Assembly: GCF_006345805.1 (NCBI RefSeq)
Contig: NC_043000.1
Location: 15,500,001 to 15,564,000, forward strand
From: Octopus sinensis
Lineage: Eukaryota
Length of the DNA stretch: 64,000 nucleotides
Direction of reading: 5' to 3'
The notes beneath the pieces are model-generated. The model saw only the letters and a program-made list of their open reading frames with translations. It had not been told where the DNA came from and searched no databases. Of the stretch, positions 48,255-60,435 are shown piece by piece. The translations under genes and the position numbers were made by a program. The stretch's first letter is position 1. Each line of letters starts with the position of its first letter.

Positions 48255-48567
48255 GGTGGCACGTAAAAAGCACCATCCGCTCATGTCCGTTGCCAGCCTC
48301 GCCTGGCCCCCGTGCCGGTGTCACGTAAAAGCACCATCCGTTCGTGGCCGTTTGCCAGCTCCGTCTGGCACCTGTGCGGGTGGCACGTAAGAAGTACCCA
48401 CTACACTCACGGAGTGGTTGGCGTTAGGAAGGGCATCCAGCCGTAGAAACACTGCCAGATCAGACTGGGCCTGATGCAGTCTTCTGGCTTCACAGACCCC
48501 AGTTGAACCGTCCAACCCATGCCAGCATGGAAAACGGACGCTAAATGGTGATGATGATGATGATGAT
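48255..48567 (+). mobile_element. Orphan RTE 3' UTR copy with three repeat units
   Basis: Motif order and (GAT)n tail. Confidence 0.9.
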
Positions 48568-48836
48568 TTGTAATCATTTTAGTTGGAGGAGAAATACAAA
48601 GCTGATAACCTTTGAAAATCCACTTAGACTGTTGAGGTTGATATGACTGATGTTAAGTTTAAATTTCTATAGAAAACAGATGGAAGAGGGTGTTCCTGTT
48701 CTGGATATAAACATTTAAAGTGTTTAGAGCAGAAGCTGAGATGAAACACAGAAGGAATGAGCAGGAGCAGTTCAGAGAAACAGGAACTGTTGCAGTAATG
48801 GTTGTAGAAGGGACACAGGAAAGAAGACACTATAAG

Positions 48837-50660
48837 ATTATAATAATAATAATAATAAAACATTGTGTACAGTGCTCAGGTGCACTACAACTCATCTAAA
48901 GTGTATATATAATCAGGTGTAGTTGTGGCGGATTTCGGAAAGCATGAGGGCCTTAAAGGATGCAGTGTCATGGCAGTCAACAACTGACGCAGGCAGTTTA
49001 TTCCATGCTTCAGCAACTCTGAGCATGAAGAAATGTTTCCGAAAGTCATGGGAGCTGTGTTGCTTTCTGACTTTGTAGGCATGTCCACGTGTGTTAGACA
49101 CATGGAGATCAAAAAGGTGTTCAGTGTTGTTGTTGGTGAGGTGGTTGATAACTTTGTGGGTGTTTACCAAGTCCGTCGCCAGACGCCGGAGCTTCAGTGA
49201 ATCCATGCCCAGGGAAACAAGGCGCTCAGAATATGGTAGGTGTCTGATGGAGGGTATGCGTTTGGTTGCACGTCTCTGGACAGATTCCAGGAGGTCAATG
49301 TTCTGAGCAAGATAGGGGTTCCAAACTGATGATGCGAATTCCAAGTGTGGTCGTACCATAGCTGTATACAGTTTTAAATAGATGGCTGGAGAGCGGCTAA
49401 CGAAAGTCTTGCTGAGTGATGCCAAGACATCCTCGGCCTTCTTGACAATTTTAGAGATATGCTTTGTCCAACGCAAATCACTGCTGACAGTGATGCCTCG
49501 GTCACGCTCGCAAGAGGATTTCTTGATATCAGTGTTGTGGAGGGAGTATGTGGATGCAGAGTTTTTTTCTCCCAAAATGCATGGTGGTACACTTGTCCAC
49601 AGCCAGTTTCAGTTGCCAGTCTGTGATCCATTGCTGCATTGTGTCCAGGTCTGATTGCAGGAAAGAGCTGTAGACAACAGGATCTGTCCTCTTGATTTCA
49701 AGGTACAGCTTGATGTCGTCTGCATATTTCAATACTGTGGCTTTCTTTAAATTGGCATCTATGTCATTAATGTATGCCACAAACAAGAGGGGACCAAGGA
49801 CAGATCCCTGTGGTACACCCGATGACATCTCATATGGTGTAGAATGCTGTCCTAGAACTGTGACTACCTCCTTTCGGCTGAGAATGAAGGATTTCAACCA
49901 GTTAAAAAGGTCATCCCTCACACCCATTGCAGAGAGTTTCACCATAAGCCTTTTGTGTGGCACAGAGTTGAAAGCCTTAGCAAAGTCAAGGTAGACAACA
50001 TCCACCCATGAGCCACTGTCAGTGATCTGTGTAATGTCCTCAAGGAACTCGACAAGCTGATCACTGCAGCTGGAGTTAGAGACAAATCCATATTGTGAGG
50101 GTCGGATGAGACTGTGAGAGCTCCAGAAGTTCCAAAGTGTTTCTCTGACACACGATTCCATCAGTTTTGCAATACAGCTAGTGAGACTGACTGGGCGATA
50201 GTTGACAGGTGATGTGCGGTCGCCCTTTTTGAACAGAGGAATGACACTGGCAGTTTTCCACTGCTCCCGAGTAGCACCATTGTTGAGACAGTACTGGAAG
50301 AAAATAGAAAGCTGGTGTAAAAGGAAGTACCTGCCACGTTTGAGAAGCAGGTATGTAACTCCATCGAGACCAGGGGAGGCATAGTTGCGCTTATTTTGAA
50401 GGTGACGTCGCAGCATTGCAGGTGTAAATTCCATAGTTGTTATGGACTTTGCTGTTAGAGATGGTGAAGATGGTACATTTTAACTTTCAACAGTGAATAT
50501 GTTTGCATAGCACTCGGCAATGAGTTCTGCACATTCCTTGGGGTTGTCAGTGATCTGGTTTGTGTGAGGGTTGCGAAGAGGGCCCACTGGAGAGTGAGGT
50601 CTCTGCTTCGAATGCACATATTTCCAGAAAACCTTGCTGTCAGGATTGGCTATTATGTAC
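48837..50660 (-). mobile_element. 5'-truncated CR1-clade LINE (RT and C-terminus), one stop and one frameshift
   Basis: NYRPVSLTS, VVYLDFAKAFNSVPH, SGVPQGSVLGPLLF, YADD, HLEFASSVWNPY..LESVQRRATK and NTRGH..FF..RV...WNKLP. A-run frameshift at about 49565; stop at about 50480; (TAT)n tail. Confidence 0.95.
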
Positions 50661-51223
50661 TAATAGCTTTAGTGTGGCATTTGACAATTAGCTAGATATC
50701 CTTTTATTGGATATAGTAACAATTCTGGACAGGTGAACAATGATTCAGATGTGGTGCATTTGTCTTATCTTCAATCCTTGATAAGAAGTGGGGCATTTAG
50801 CATTTGTGGTAAAGTTTTGGCTAAGCTATATGTGGTTATTACCAAGAGAAATCAGAAAATTGTGAGCATCTGCAAAGTTTATGAAAGTTTTAGTTATGGA
50901 GTTGTGTATGGATAGTGAGAGAGAGAAAATAAGATTGTAAGGAAGATTCCAATCCAAAGTATTAAGATGTGGTGAACCCTAAAAGGAGGAAAAATGTTAG
51001 ATTCTTATGCAAAACAGTTAAAATGTTTTGCTTATTATCTTTCCACAGTTGACAATATTTCAAGTTGATTGCTTACCATTGGCTGGATGTGACATTTGTG
51101 ATAAAGGAAAAGAAAAGTCGTTGAATAGAATTGAAACATAGATATCAAGAGTCAATAAGGAACTCGGTGTAAAATGAGATCCTCTTACATCATGTACTTA
51201 ATGCAAGCAATATACGTTGAAAA

Positions 51224-51535
51224 GTGGAGGTGCAATGGCTCAGTGGTTAGAGCAGTGGACTCGCGGTTGGAGGATCGCAGTTTCAATTCCCAGACCGGGC
51301 GTTGTGTATGTTTATTGAGCAAAAACACCTAAAAGCTCCACGAGACTCCGACAGAGGGTGGTGGCGACCCCTGTTGTACTCTTTTGCCACAACTTTCTCT
51401 CACTCTCTCTTCCTGTTTCTTGAGAAACACTGCGATGGACTGGCATTCTGACCAGCTGGGGGGAACACATACACCACAGAAACCAGGCCCATGAGCCTGG
51501 CTAGGCTTGAAAAGGGCGAGAAAGAAAAATATACA
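51224..51535 (+). mobile_element. Chimeric tRNA SINE (head H1 + tail D)
   Basis: H1 head/body as at 30413, then CTGCGATGGACTGGC..GAGCCTGGCTAGGCTT tail as at 35540-35620; degenerate TSD ATATAC.TT.AAA. Confidence 0.85.
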
Positions 51536-51624
51536 TTCAAAGGATACAATAGAATCTCTAGAAGTCTGGCAGAGAACCAGGGCTCCAGTGATAGCATGGT
51601 AGCTTGAGTTAGCATGTGTAAATA

Positions 51625-51808
51625 CCTATTTCTTTATTACCCACAAGGGGTTAAACATAGAGGGGACAAACAAGGACAGACATAGGTATTAAGTCGATTA
51701 TATCGACCCCAGTGTGTAACTGGTACTTAATTTATCGACCCCGAAAGGATGAAAGGCAAAGTCGACCTCAGCGGAATTCGACTTTGCCTTTCATCCTTTC
51801 GGGGTCGA
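51625..51808 (-). mobile_element. Truncated SINE B ending in a 31-bp perfect foldback
   Basis: Arms 51735-51765 and 51778-51808 with a 12-nt loop. Confidence 0.85.
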
Positions 51809-52127
51809 GGAGAGTACAAATATTGCAGTTGTTTCTTTGAGCCAGGCCCATAACTTTTCTTTGCTGACTGCAGGTTTCACTCCTATAATGGTTGAAGGGC
51901 TTGCAGTTAAAAAAAAACAAAAAAAAAAAAAACAGGAAACTTACAAATATCCAAATTTGCAAAACATCTTAAACCTATAGTATTCAAATTCTTGAATTAA
52001 TCACGCATTATCTTTTAGTTTCAAGATTTTGATGATGCAATTATTTTTAAAATGACATCATAGAGTGGGTGTGAGAGGCCAGATCTAGCTAGTTTGAACA
52101 TGAGTCAGAATATTTGAGCCTGATATA

Positions 52128-52510
52128 TTCTTTACTCTTTTACTTGTTTCAGTCATTTGACTGCGGCCATGCTGGAGCACCACCTTTAGTTGAGCAACTC
52201 GACCCCAGGACTTATTCTTTTGTAAGCCCAGTACTTATTCTATCGGTCTCTTTTTGCTGAACTGCTAAGTAACGGGGACAAACACACCAGCATCGGTTGT
52301 CAAGCAATGCTAGGGGGACAAACACACACACATATATATATATGTACGACAGGCTTCTTTCAGTTTCCGTCTACCAAATCCACTCACAAGGCTTTGGTCA
52401 GCCCGAGGCTATAGTAGCAGACACCTGTCCAAGGTGCCACGCAGTGGGACTGAACCCGGATCCATGTGGTTGGTAAACAAGCTACTTACCACACAGCCAC
52501 TCCTGTGCCT
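52128..52510 (-). mobile_element. Full-length SINE A inside a piggyBac-like MITE
   Basis: Reverse-complement match. Confidence 0.9.
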
Positions 52511-55384
52511 ATATGGTCAGTTTAAATTCTAAAGGGTTAATTCTTGCATGAATAAATTTTTTTAAAGTACTACCATCTTCACACACACACATCAATACTA
52601 TTGCAGCACACATTTTATACCCTAATACTTTTTTTTCAAATGTTATCACTGCACTGGAAATTTAGAACAATATTTAACCAACTCAGGGAAACTAGGCAAC
52701 AACAATAAAGCATGAATCTCTAAATTTGTAATTCATTTGAAAAGCTTTTTTTTGAAATGGATAAACTCACTTGACAATGAACAAAGACATTTTAATCATT
52801 TTTTTTTTTTTAGCCAAGAGTAAATTTCTACTCTGATTCACAAAAAAATTACAATAGTTTGACTACTCAGGACATATCTTTAAATTATTTATTCATAGGA
52901 GGGACAGTACTTTTTGTAGGCCCTTCCAAATCAGATTATGTTCCGTTTGAACTAATGTATAGGAACTGAGGAATAGAATAAAATATTTAGTATGAGGTGA
53001 GGTATGGTTGGGCGAGAACAGGATAAGATGAGAAGAGACAAGTACTTCATGCTAGTAATAATATACAGCATGTTAGCTCAGAGGAGCAGTGGTTTTACAG
53101 TAGGGTTTGAGGAAAGAAATGACATGTTGACTGCGAGTTGCAACATGTTTGGTGATGGAGACTGTCCACTAGCCTTCGTTTATTTGGATGAAGTCTTAAG
53201 ATGTTTCTGCGTGTATAACATCAGTACTATAACAGATATGCAAACAATACTATATGGTTACGAGAACATCAACTGATCGGGTACGGAATATTTTCCGACT
53301 TGGAAAAGAAAAATCTAGTCTTAGGTATGTAGTATTTTCAATGTTATCCGTGACGTTGCGACTGGATGAGAAACTGAGGCTTAGCATACGTAGTGACTCA
53401 CCAATATATAGTTAGCATTTGTGTGTGTTTCACAGGAGATTAAATATTCAAAAGGAAAAGCTAACACATTTCAATAATTTATTAGATTTTGTTATACATT
53501 TATATAAAAAGCTTAGACTGAGCAAAACCCTTCCATATATGTTGGCATATTAGGAAAAGAAAGTAATCCTTTATTTTGAGTAGGGTTTTTTTTTTGGTAC
53601 AATAATCACCATTGAAATAAGCTTTTAGATTTTGCAAAATAAATAACATAGTATATATATTTTCATTTAAAGTAATTGCAAAAATGTTTTATAATAAACA
53701 GTTGAAACAAAACAGCTGAAAGTAGAAAAACTTGGTAATGAATACAGATTTTAATTTTTGGATAAAATAACAGAATTTAAAACGCGTTTACAGTTTATAT
53801 ATTTGCAAAGAAACAGTATGACAGTATGTTATATTGAAACAAAAGTGATTAAAATTCTAATAGTGAATATATACGAAGAAGAAAAATAACGGGACAATTT
53901 TTTTTTCATTTTTGCAATCAACAAGGAAGCGAAATCTAAGGCACAATTCTGGTGATTATCTCTCTCTTTGAAAGAAACTTTCTCTAGACATGTGAACAGT
54001 CTTTCAGACAGTTGTAAAAAATATTTAAGAGGCGAAGAGGCCTTAACATATTTGAGTTATTCGTATAATACAAAAATCTGACTTGTTTGAGTTTGTTACT
54101 TTAGTATATTAGATATGATGAGCAGAAATTCTTATAATACTTCAACATTAAAGATCCAAAGATAACAGATTGTTGAAGCATATTTACTAGGTTTTATCTC
54201 TCGAACTTCCAAAATGAACGAGGGCGTTAACAATTTAATTCATTCTTTCACAAAAAAAGAGTGAAACAATAATATAAATGGAACATTAATGCCGAAACTT
54301 CGAACAGGGAATACAAAGATTAAAATAGTTTAATTCCACAAGTTCAATTAGGGCAGACATATAAAAACAAATTTACTTTAAAACTATTTCCACTTCTTTT
54401 GCTCCGTTTTCTTTCCATCTACTACTGTTGGTTTACGAAATAGTTGGAGTTTACTATAAAGATTTCAGTCGTACAAACAGGTGATCAAACGTATTCCAGC
54501 TTTCGCCATCCCATTTTTTTTCATGAGAGAGGGGGGTGTCTGGAACAGTTATCTGAATGCGGTCCTTCCAGCGGAATGAAAGTTGAGGGGAATTTGGCTG
54601 CTATGTCTTGTAAGTCGGCCACGTAGAGTTCCTCTCAGGTTATTTATAGAAAATATAAAGCCTGGCTGGCTGTCTGTCATTTTCCTTATCTCCACCCCCA
54701 CCTTATTAACTTAAGTCCAAGTAAAAGTGGTTTGTAGTAAGTGGGTGTAATGTCAGTATAACCTAGTCGTATTCGACTAAAGTTTTCATTTCAGTACGCA
54801 GCTAAAATTAGGCGTAAACAATCAGCCTATATACGTTGCATGCTACGTATTTAATCAATATCAGAATGCTTGTACGTTTAACCATTGAGAAACCCAAATC
54901 CAGGTAAACGGGCCAGACAGAGATTTTGCTAACAATTTCATAAATTACACAAGTTGAAAACATTCATTTAAATGAAAATACAAGTAGCCAATACTTAAAA
55001 GAATTGGCGAGATAAAAATAAATTAAGAAATAAAATGCAGGAAATAAGTTCAGTAACCTTAAAATGAAATAGTTTAGTATTGATAAAGGAAAGTTATAAC
55101 CAGGTGTGATTATTGATCGAATGGCTACAAAGGCTGGATTGATATTGGTGAAAGAGATTTACAGTCGCCGGCCACCTGATAATTCAGAAAGTGTAACAAT
55201 CAAAGCAGCTGATATATGCATATTTAATACATACATGAGAAATTTAACTGAATAGCTCTGAAAACTCCTAAACACAAAATACGGGTAGAATTTATACTGG
55301 AGTCAAAAGAAGTTTTAAACACTTCCTAAGTGTTAATGACTATTTAATAATGTTATTAAAAACAAGTTCCATTCTTATATATAT

Positions 55385-55437
<53 letters not shown>

Positions 55438-55631
55438 GGGGGGAAGAAAGAGTTTATTCATTTCAAACAAAAACAAATCAATTTTGTGAACAAGCACCCA
55501 CCATACACACACACACATACATACATACATACACAAACATCCAACTAACCCTAATTTTTTATGATGGCTGCTAAAGTTGCCGTAGAGAAGAAATAAATGC
55601 CATTAAAAAAAAAATGCAAAGAAAGAGTTAT

Positions 55632-56927
55632 TTAATTATCTCCAGCAGCGGGACTCGTCTCGTCGGCAGACACAGTTTGAAATTTTACATTCCGTTTGCA
55701 AAGTCTCTCTACTAGAGAGGTGTTAGCAAAAGCAGATGCTGGGGTGAAAACCCCTCCACTGTTAGGCATCTTCTGGTTTTCTTCCAGGATAACAATAGCT
55801 GCTTGAGTGACACAAATGGCGGTAGTAAGGTAACCAGGATCAGGTCCATTGATCTTCGTAACAATAGGTTTATTTGGCAAATCACTGTGGGTATCGGTTA
55901 ATTCTTTAACCCGGCTTGGATAACCATTGCCACAAAATTTAAGAGAAAATGAACATTTTTCTAGTTCTTGCTTAGTTGGTCCGCCTTTTTTAACAAGACC
56001 GCCACTGAAAAAAGTCGGGAAAGCCAAGAGCAACTTCCTTCCAAGAGAGAACCTTGATAGAAAACTTAGGCAGAGACCAGAAAAAAACATGAGGATAAAG
56101 AAGATAAGTGACTCATTGCAAAAATAAAAGGCATACTGAGTTGGTCGTTTCTTTTCCTGATCTTGGAGAAATCTCTGGGAGCGATAAGCGACAGACTTGT
56201 AGGCATCGGGCCAGACACTGCAATATTTGGAGCTATCTTTATCGTAAAACAAACCACTTTTAGGCTTTACCACGTGTTGAAACTCATAGTTTTTCGTTGT
56301 AAATAAAGATTTTCTTATTGCTCCGAGTTCATTCCTGTGCTGGTACCCATATACTTGGCATTCAAATGTAGGCAGTCCTACTTTCACCGGTCCATCGACA
56401 GAAAGATAAGCTTCTACGTTATTAAGATCACCATTAAATTGCTGCGAAGTATACATAATACCTATGTCAATAGGTAGGCAGCGGAAAGCACAGGAACCCA
56501 CAATATAAACATCATTTTCCTGAGCAGGACCGTTATATTGAAGTTGTGCTTTTTCCAGAAACAAAGGTTCTCCAGAAACGTCAACATGATGTGTTTTACA
56601 TTCGATACAGGCTTCTAAAACTTTTAGGCCATGGTAAACAAAAGGGCCACAGCAGTTAATAAGGCACTTGGCTTTTGTACACATTTCCAAAAGAGATTCA
56701 TAGTTCTGGGAATCCGCAATTAAGATCTGTATGTCGGAATAATCCTGGCCTGTGGAATTTGTAACGTCCGACAGGACTGTCTCTAATTTTTTCATATTTC
56801 TTCCTGCAATTGCCCATTTGATGTTGTGTTCATTGGCAACCCGACTGAGTTCTTCTATAACAAATTTGCCAGTGAAACCACTCGCTCCAAAAATCACAAT
56901 ATCAAACTCCTTGTCTTTCGCTGCCAT
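55632..56927 (-). CDS. SCCPDH: Saccharopine dehydrogenase-like oxidoreductase (intronless, 431 aa)
   Basis: Uninterrupted ORF; Rossmann motif FDIVIFGASGFTG; AIAGRN; NCCGP..DVSGEP.FLE; hydrophobic segment FFILMFFSGLCLSFL; GPDPGY and GGVFTPASAF. Collinear with animal SCCPDH as I recall it; good start context AAAATGG. Confidence 0.93.
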   Translation of the reverse strand: MAAKDKEFDIVIFGASGFTGKFVIEELSRVANEHNIKWAIAGRNMKKLETVLSDVTNSTGQDYSDIQILIADSQNYESLLEMCTKAKCLINCCGPFVYHGLKVLEACIECKTHHVDVSGEPLFLEKAQLQYNGPAQENDVYIVGSCAFRCLPIDIGIMYTSQQFNGDLNNVEAYLSVDGPVKVGLPTFECQVYGYQHRNELGAIRKSLFTTKNYEFQHVVKPKSGLFYDKDSSKYCSVWPDAYKSVAYRSQRFLQDQEKKRPTQYAFYFCNESLIFFILMFFSGLCLSFLSRFSLGRKLLLAFPTFFSGGLVKKGGPTKQELEKCSFSLKFCGNGYPSRVKELTDTHSDLPNKPIVTKINGPDPGYLTTAICVTQAAIVILEENQKMPNSGGVFTPASAFANTSLVERLCKRNVKFQTVSADETSPAAGDN

Positions 56928-57054
56928 TTTCCTTTGTTCTCAGACACAAAACAACACAACAAATATATATAAATATCTGTTATTATACTGGTTTAGCAAC
57001 AGCCCTGCTGGGTGCCAGCTGTCTGTAACTACGAGTAGGTCGCTGATATAAGTC

Positions 57055-57160
57055 TACTGGACAAGCAGCAGCTAACGGGGTTTGTTTATATTTCAACCTC
57101 CTGGGTTAGATAACTCTTGCTTTACTGGTTTCTGGTAGGAGGAAGGGAGGAGTGACGTCG
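57055..57160 (-). promoter_or_regulatory. Putative SCCPDH core promoter: TATAAA (57085-57090), Inr-like CCAGT about 32 nt downstream, TGACGTC at about 57154
   Basis: Motif spacing only. Confidence 0.3.
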
Positions 57161-57210
57161 CTTGTTGAGTTCATGTGAGAGGGGAAGGTAAAAAGAATAG
57201 AAGTAATATA

Positions 57211-58232
57211 GGAGAGGGAGATAAAGAGAGATAGATAGATAGATAGAATGTGAGTAACGCACGAGAGAGAAAGGAGAAGAAATTCTGACGGAGGGGGAGG
57301 GGTGTTGAAGAGTAAGAGAAAGAATAAGGAAGTGTGAGAGAGGGAGATACAGAGAGATAGATAGAATGTGAGCAACGCACGAGAGAGAAAAGAGAAGAAA
57401 TTCTGACGGAGGGGTGTTGAAGAGTAAGGAAGTGCCAGAGAGGGAGATAAAGAGAGATAGATAGAATGTGAGCAATGCACGAGAGAGAAAGGAGAAGAAA
57501 TTCTGACGGAGGGAGGGATGTTGAAGAGTAAGAGAAAGAGTAAGGAAGTGCCAGAGAGGGAGATAAAGAGAGATAGATAGAATGTGAGCAACGCACGAGA
57601 GAGAAAGGATAAGAAATTCTGACGGAGGGAGGGGTGTTGAAGAGTAAGAGAAAGAGTAAGGAAGTGCCAGAGAGGGAGATAAAGAGAGATAGATAGAATG
57701 TGAGCAACGCACGAGAGAGAAAGGAGAAGAAATTCTGACGGAGGGAGGGATATTGAAGAGTAAGGAAGTGCGAGAGAGGGTGATAAAGAGAGATAGATAG
57801 AATGTGAGCAACGCACGAGAGAGAAAGGAGAAGAAATTCTGACGGAGGGAGGGGTGTTGAAGAGTAAGGAAGTGCCAGAGAGGGAGATAAAGACAGATAG
57901 ATAGAATGTGAGTAATGCACGAGAGAGAAAGGAGAAGAAATTCTGACGGAGGGAGGGATGTTGAAGAGTAAGAGAAAGAGTAAGGAAGTGCCAGAGAGGG
58001 AGATAAAGAGAGATAGATAGAATGTGAGTAATGCACAAGAGAGAAAGGAGAAGAAATTCTGAAGGAGGGAAGGATGTTGAAGAGTAAGAGAAAGAGTAAG
58101 GAAGTGCCAGAGAGGGAGATAAAGAGAGATAGATAGAATGTGAGCAACGCACGAGAGAGAAAGGATAAGAAATTCTGAAGGAGGGGAGAGGGTGTTGAAG
58201 AGTAAGAGAAAGAGTAAGGAAGTCTGAGAGAG
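57211..58232. repeat. Minisatellite, 9 units of about 100-126 bp, strongly purine-biased on the + strand
   Basis: Units start at about 57211, 57337, 57437, 57553, 57669, 57773, 57877, 57993 and 58109; long and short variants differ by a 12-bp block. Confidence 0.95.
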
Positions 58233-58528
58233 AAAGACGTAAGTTAATTTGTCAGATTTGTTATATCATAATTGAAAAAGGTTGTAATTTGAACTCGACC
58301 ATGATATAATAACAAATTAGAAATGGTATGAACCAGTATTTGAAAATGTAATTTTACGTTTTTGATAGACTATTGAGTCGTTTCTTAAAACATTAGGAGT
58401 CGCTTTATTATTATTATTATTATTTTTTAGAGTTTCTTTTCTCTCGTAACTTTTCCACTTGTTTTTCTTGCAAAGATTCCTCTAATGGAAATTTCAAATT
58501 TTATTGTACGAAAACTTTATTTGAAAAA

Positions 58529-59122
58529 CTAGCAGTATCGCCCGGCGTTGCTCGGGTTTGTAAGGGAAATAACTATATAAGCATTTTTAGAGAGTTATAG
58601 CCAAAAAATAGCAAAAACATGCATTAAAAATGGAAAAAAAATTATGGTAAATTTTTTTTAAATCGTTGACTCATCGTAGACATTTTTAGAGAGTTACTTC
58701 CCTTATATAATAGCGAAAAAATGCATTAAAATGGAAAAAAATGATGGTAAATTTTTTTAAATCGTAGACTCATCGTAGACATTTTTAGAGAGTTACTTCC
58801 CTTATATAATAGCGAAAAAATGCATTAAAATGGAAAAAAATGATGGTAAATTTTTTTAAATCGTAGACTCATCGTAGACATTTTTAGAGAGTTACTTCCC
58901 TTATATAATAGCGAAAAAATGCATTAAAATGGAAAAAAAATTATGGTAAATTTTTTTAAATCGTAGACTCATCGTAGACGCGCGCTAATACCCAGAAGGG
59001 CTCGATATGAATCACGACTATAAGATACCCGGTTTTGGTTAAACTGCACCGCAAAATGTGGGAGTAGTTAGGAATCTAAATCGTTGGAAACAGACACACA
59101 ACTTCACTTTTATATATAAAGA
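58529..59122 (-). mobile_element. Non-autonomous Helitron with a four-copy 99-bp internal array
   Basis: Same family as 45423-45719; TC/CTAG ends and hairpin; unit starts at 58582, 58681, 58780 and 58879. Confidence 0.9.
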
Positions 59123-60435
59123 TATTAACAGTGTATATAAAATGATAGCTTCCAACGGAAACTGAAACCTCTTTGAAGCATATTATGCTTTCTAAATATT
59201 TAAAAATTCAAGGAACATTTTAGAGAATGTTTTCTAATAGAAATTTTCATATTATCTTCGGAAGTAAAGCAGCAAAATATTACTCCGCGGAAACTAATGA
59301 TACATCAATAAAAATTTGATAAATTTTAAAAGTTTGTGATGTTATAGTCTTCCGTGTTACTGTTACGATTTAGTTTCTTCTCGAAGTTCTTTCACTAAAT
59401 CGTATAACCTAAAACAAACTTTTCATCACATTTTCCTCCCGCGCACAACATGAATCACAAGACTACATTTCTCAGTGTGTGTGATTGATATTGAATTGAT
59501 CCTAGTTTATGACTGGCACTTATTGACTTCAGAGAAATGTTGGCAGAAGTTGAACTTAGAAGATAGGACAGAACTGAATACCATATTTAGTGTGGTACTT
59601 GACCCATTCAGCCTATTTTCTATACTTATGTATATCAGTCAATTGTCGAGCTGCAGAAACTTGGTTGAAAGTTCATTTTTCACCAAGGCATCATGTCCTT
59701 GACCAATATACGTCACTCACAATTACAAAGTTTACCTTTCTGTAAATAAGTAATGAAAACGCATTTCAAATTGAAATAAAAAAGGAAATTATGAAATAGT
59801 TATTACATTAGTTAATCTTTAACTCAAATCTTCTTGTGGGCCAATAAAGAGTAAAAAAAACCAAAACCATTTCAATCGTTCTTTCAAAGTTTTTTGTATT
59901 TATGTAGTGGTTAATAATTGCATTTCTGCGGTCAAAAGATGTAAGTTGATGGAGGTCTTTTAGTCATCAGATTTAGTTCTGTTAACATTTTGTAATGATA
60001 AGAACACACCCTTTTGTGTTTGCGAAATTGAGTATTCAGAATCAAATGTCTGAGATGAATTCCTGACTGAAATATTTATGTCTACTTGGCATTGTGTTCG
60101 TTATTAGGTGCCTTCTTCCTAAATATATTATTGTCTGTTTTATTTTATAGATATTCCATAAAAATTGAGATTTGAATTTAATAGTTAATAATATATAGCA
60201 CGTTTGTATATGACACAAATATAATATAAAACCACATTAAAATACAGATCCAAAACCGACGAAAACACAAACATGAGCGAAAAGAGAAAAAGAAATTAAG
60301 AAAAAAATTGTCCTAGATCAAAGATTAGTAATGATTAAAGATCGAAATGTTTATAAACAGATATTTTAAATATATATTCTTAAAAGGAGACTGACAGAAT
60401 TAAGGGTCACACTAAAGTGTCCCCCACTCCCCAAA

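Noticed and set aside
53004-53276. Unique-looking ORFs here and at 14086-14622, 45170-45410 and 59475-59702
   Set aside because: No recognisable motifs or consistent splice signals; these may be decayed LINE sequence.
55400-55631. Retrocopy hallmarks (poly-A tail, TSD) for SCCPDH
   Set aside because: Only a possible AATAAA (minus strand, about 55453-55458) was found; no tail or flanking direct repeat, so retro-origin remains an inference.
57106-58152. Three overlapping minus-strand ORFs of 249-348 aa
   Set aside because: The pyrimidine-rich repeat strand is nearly stop-free in all frames; the product is a repeated Leu/Ser/Phe pattern with no domain.
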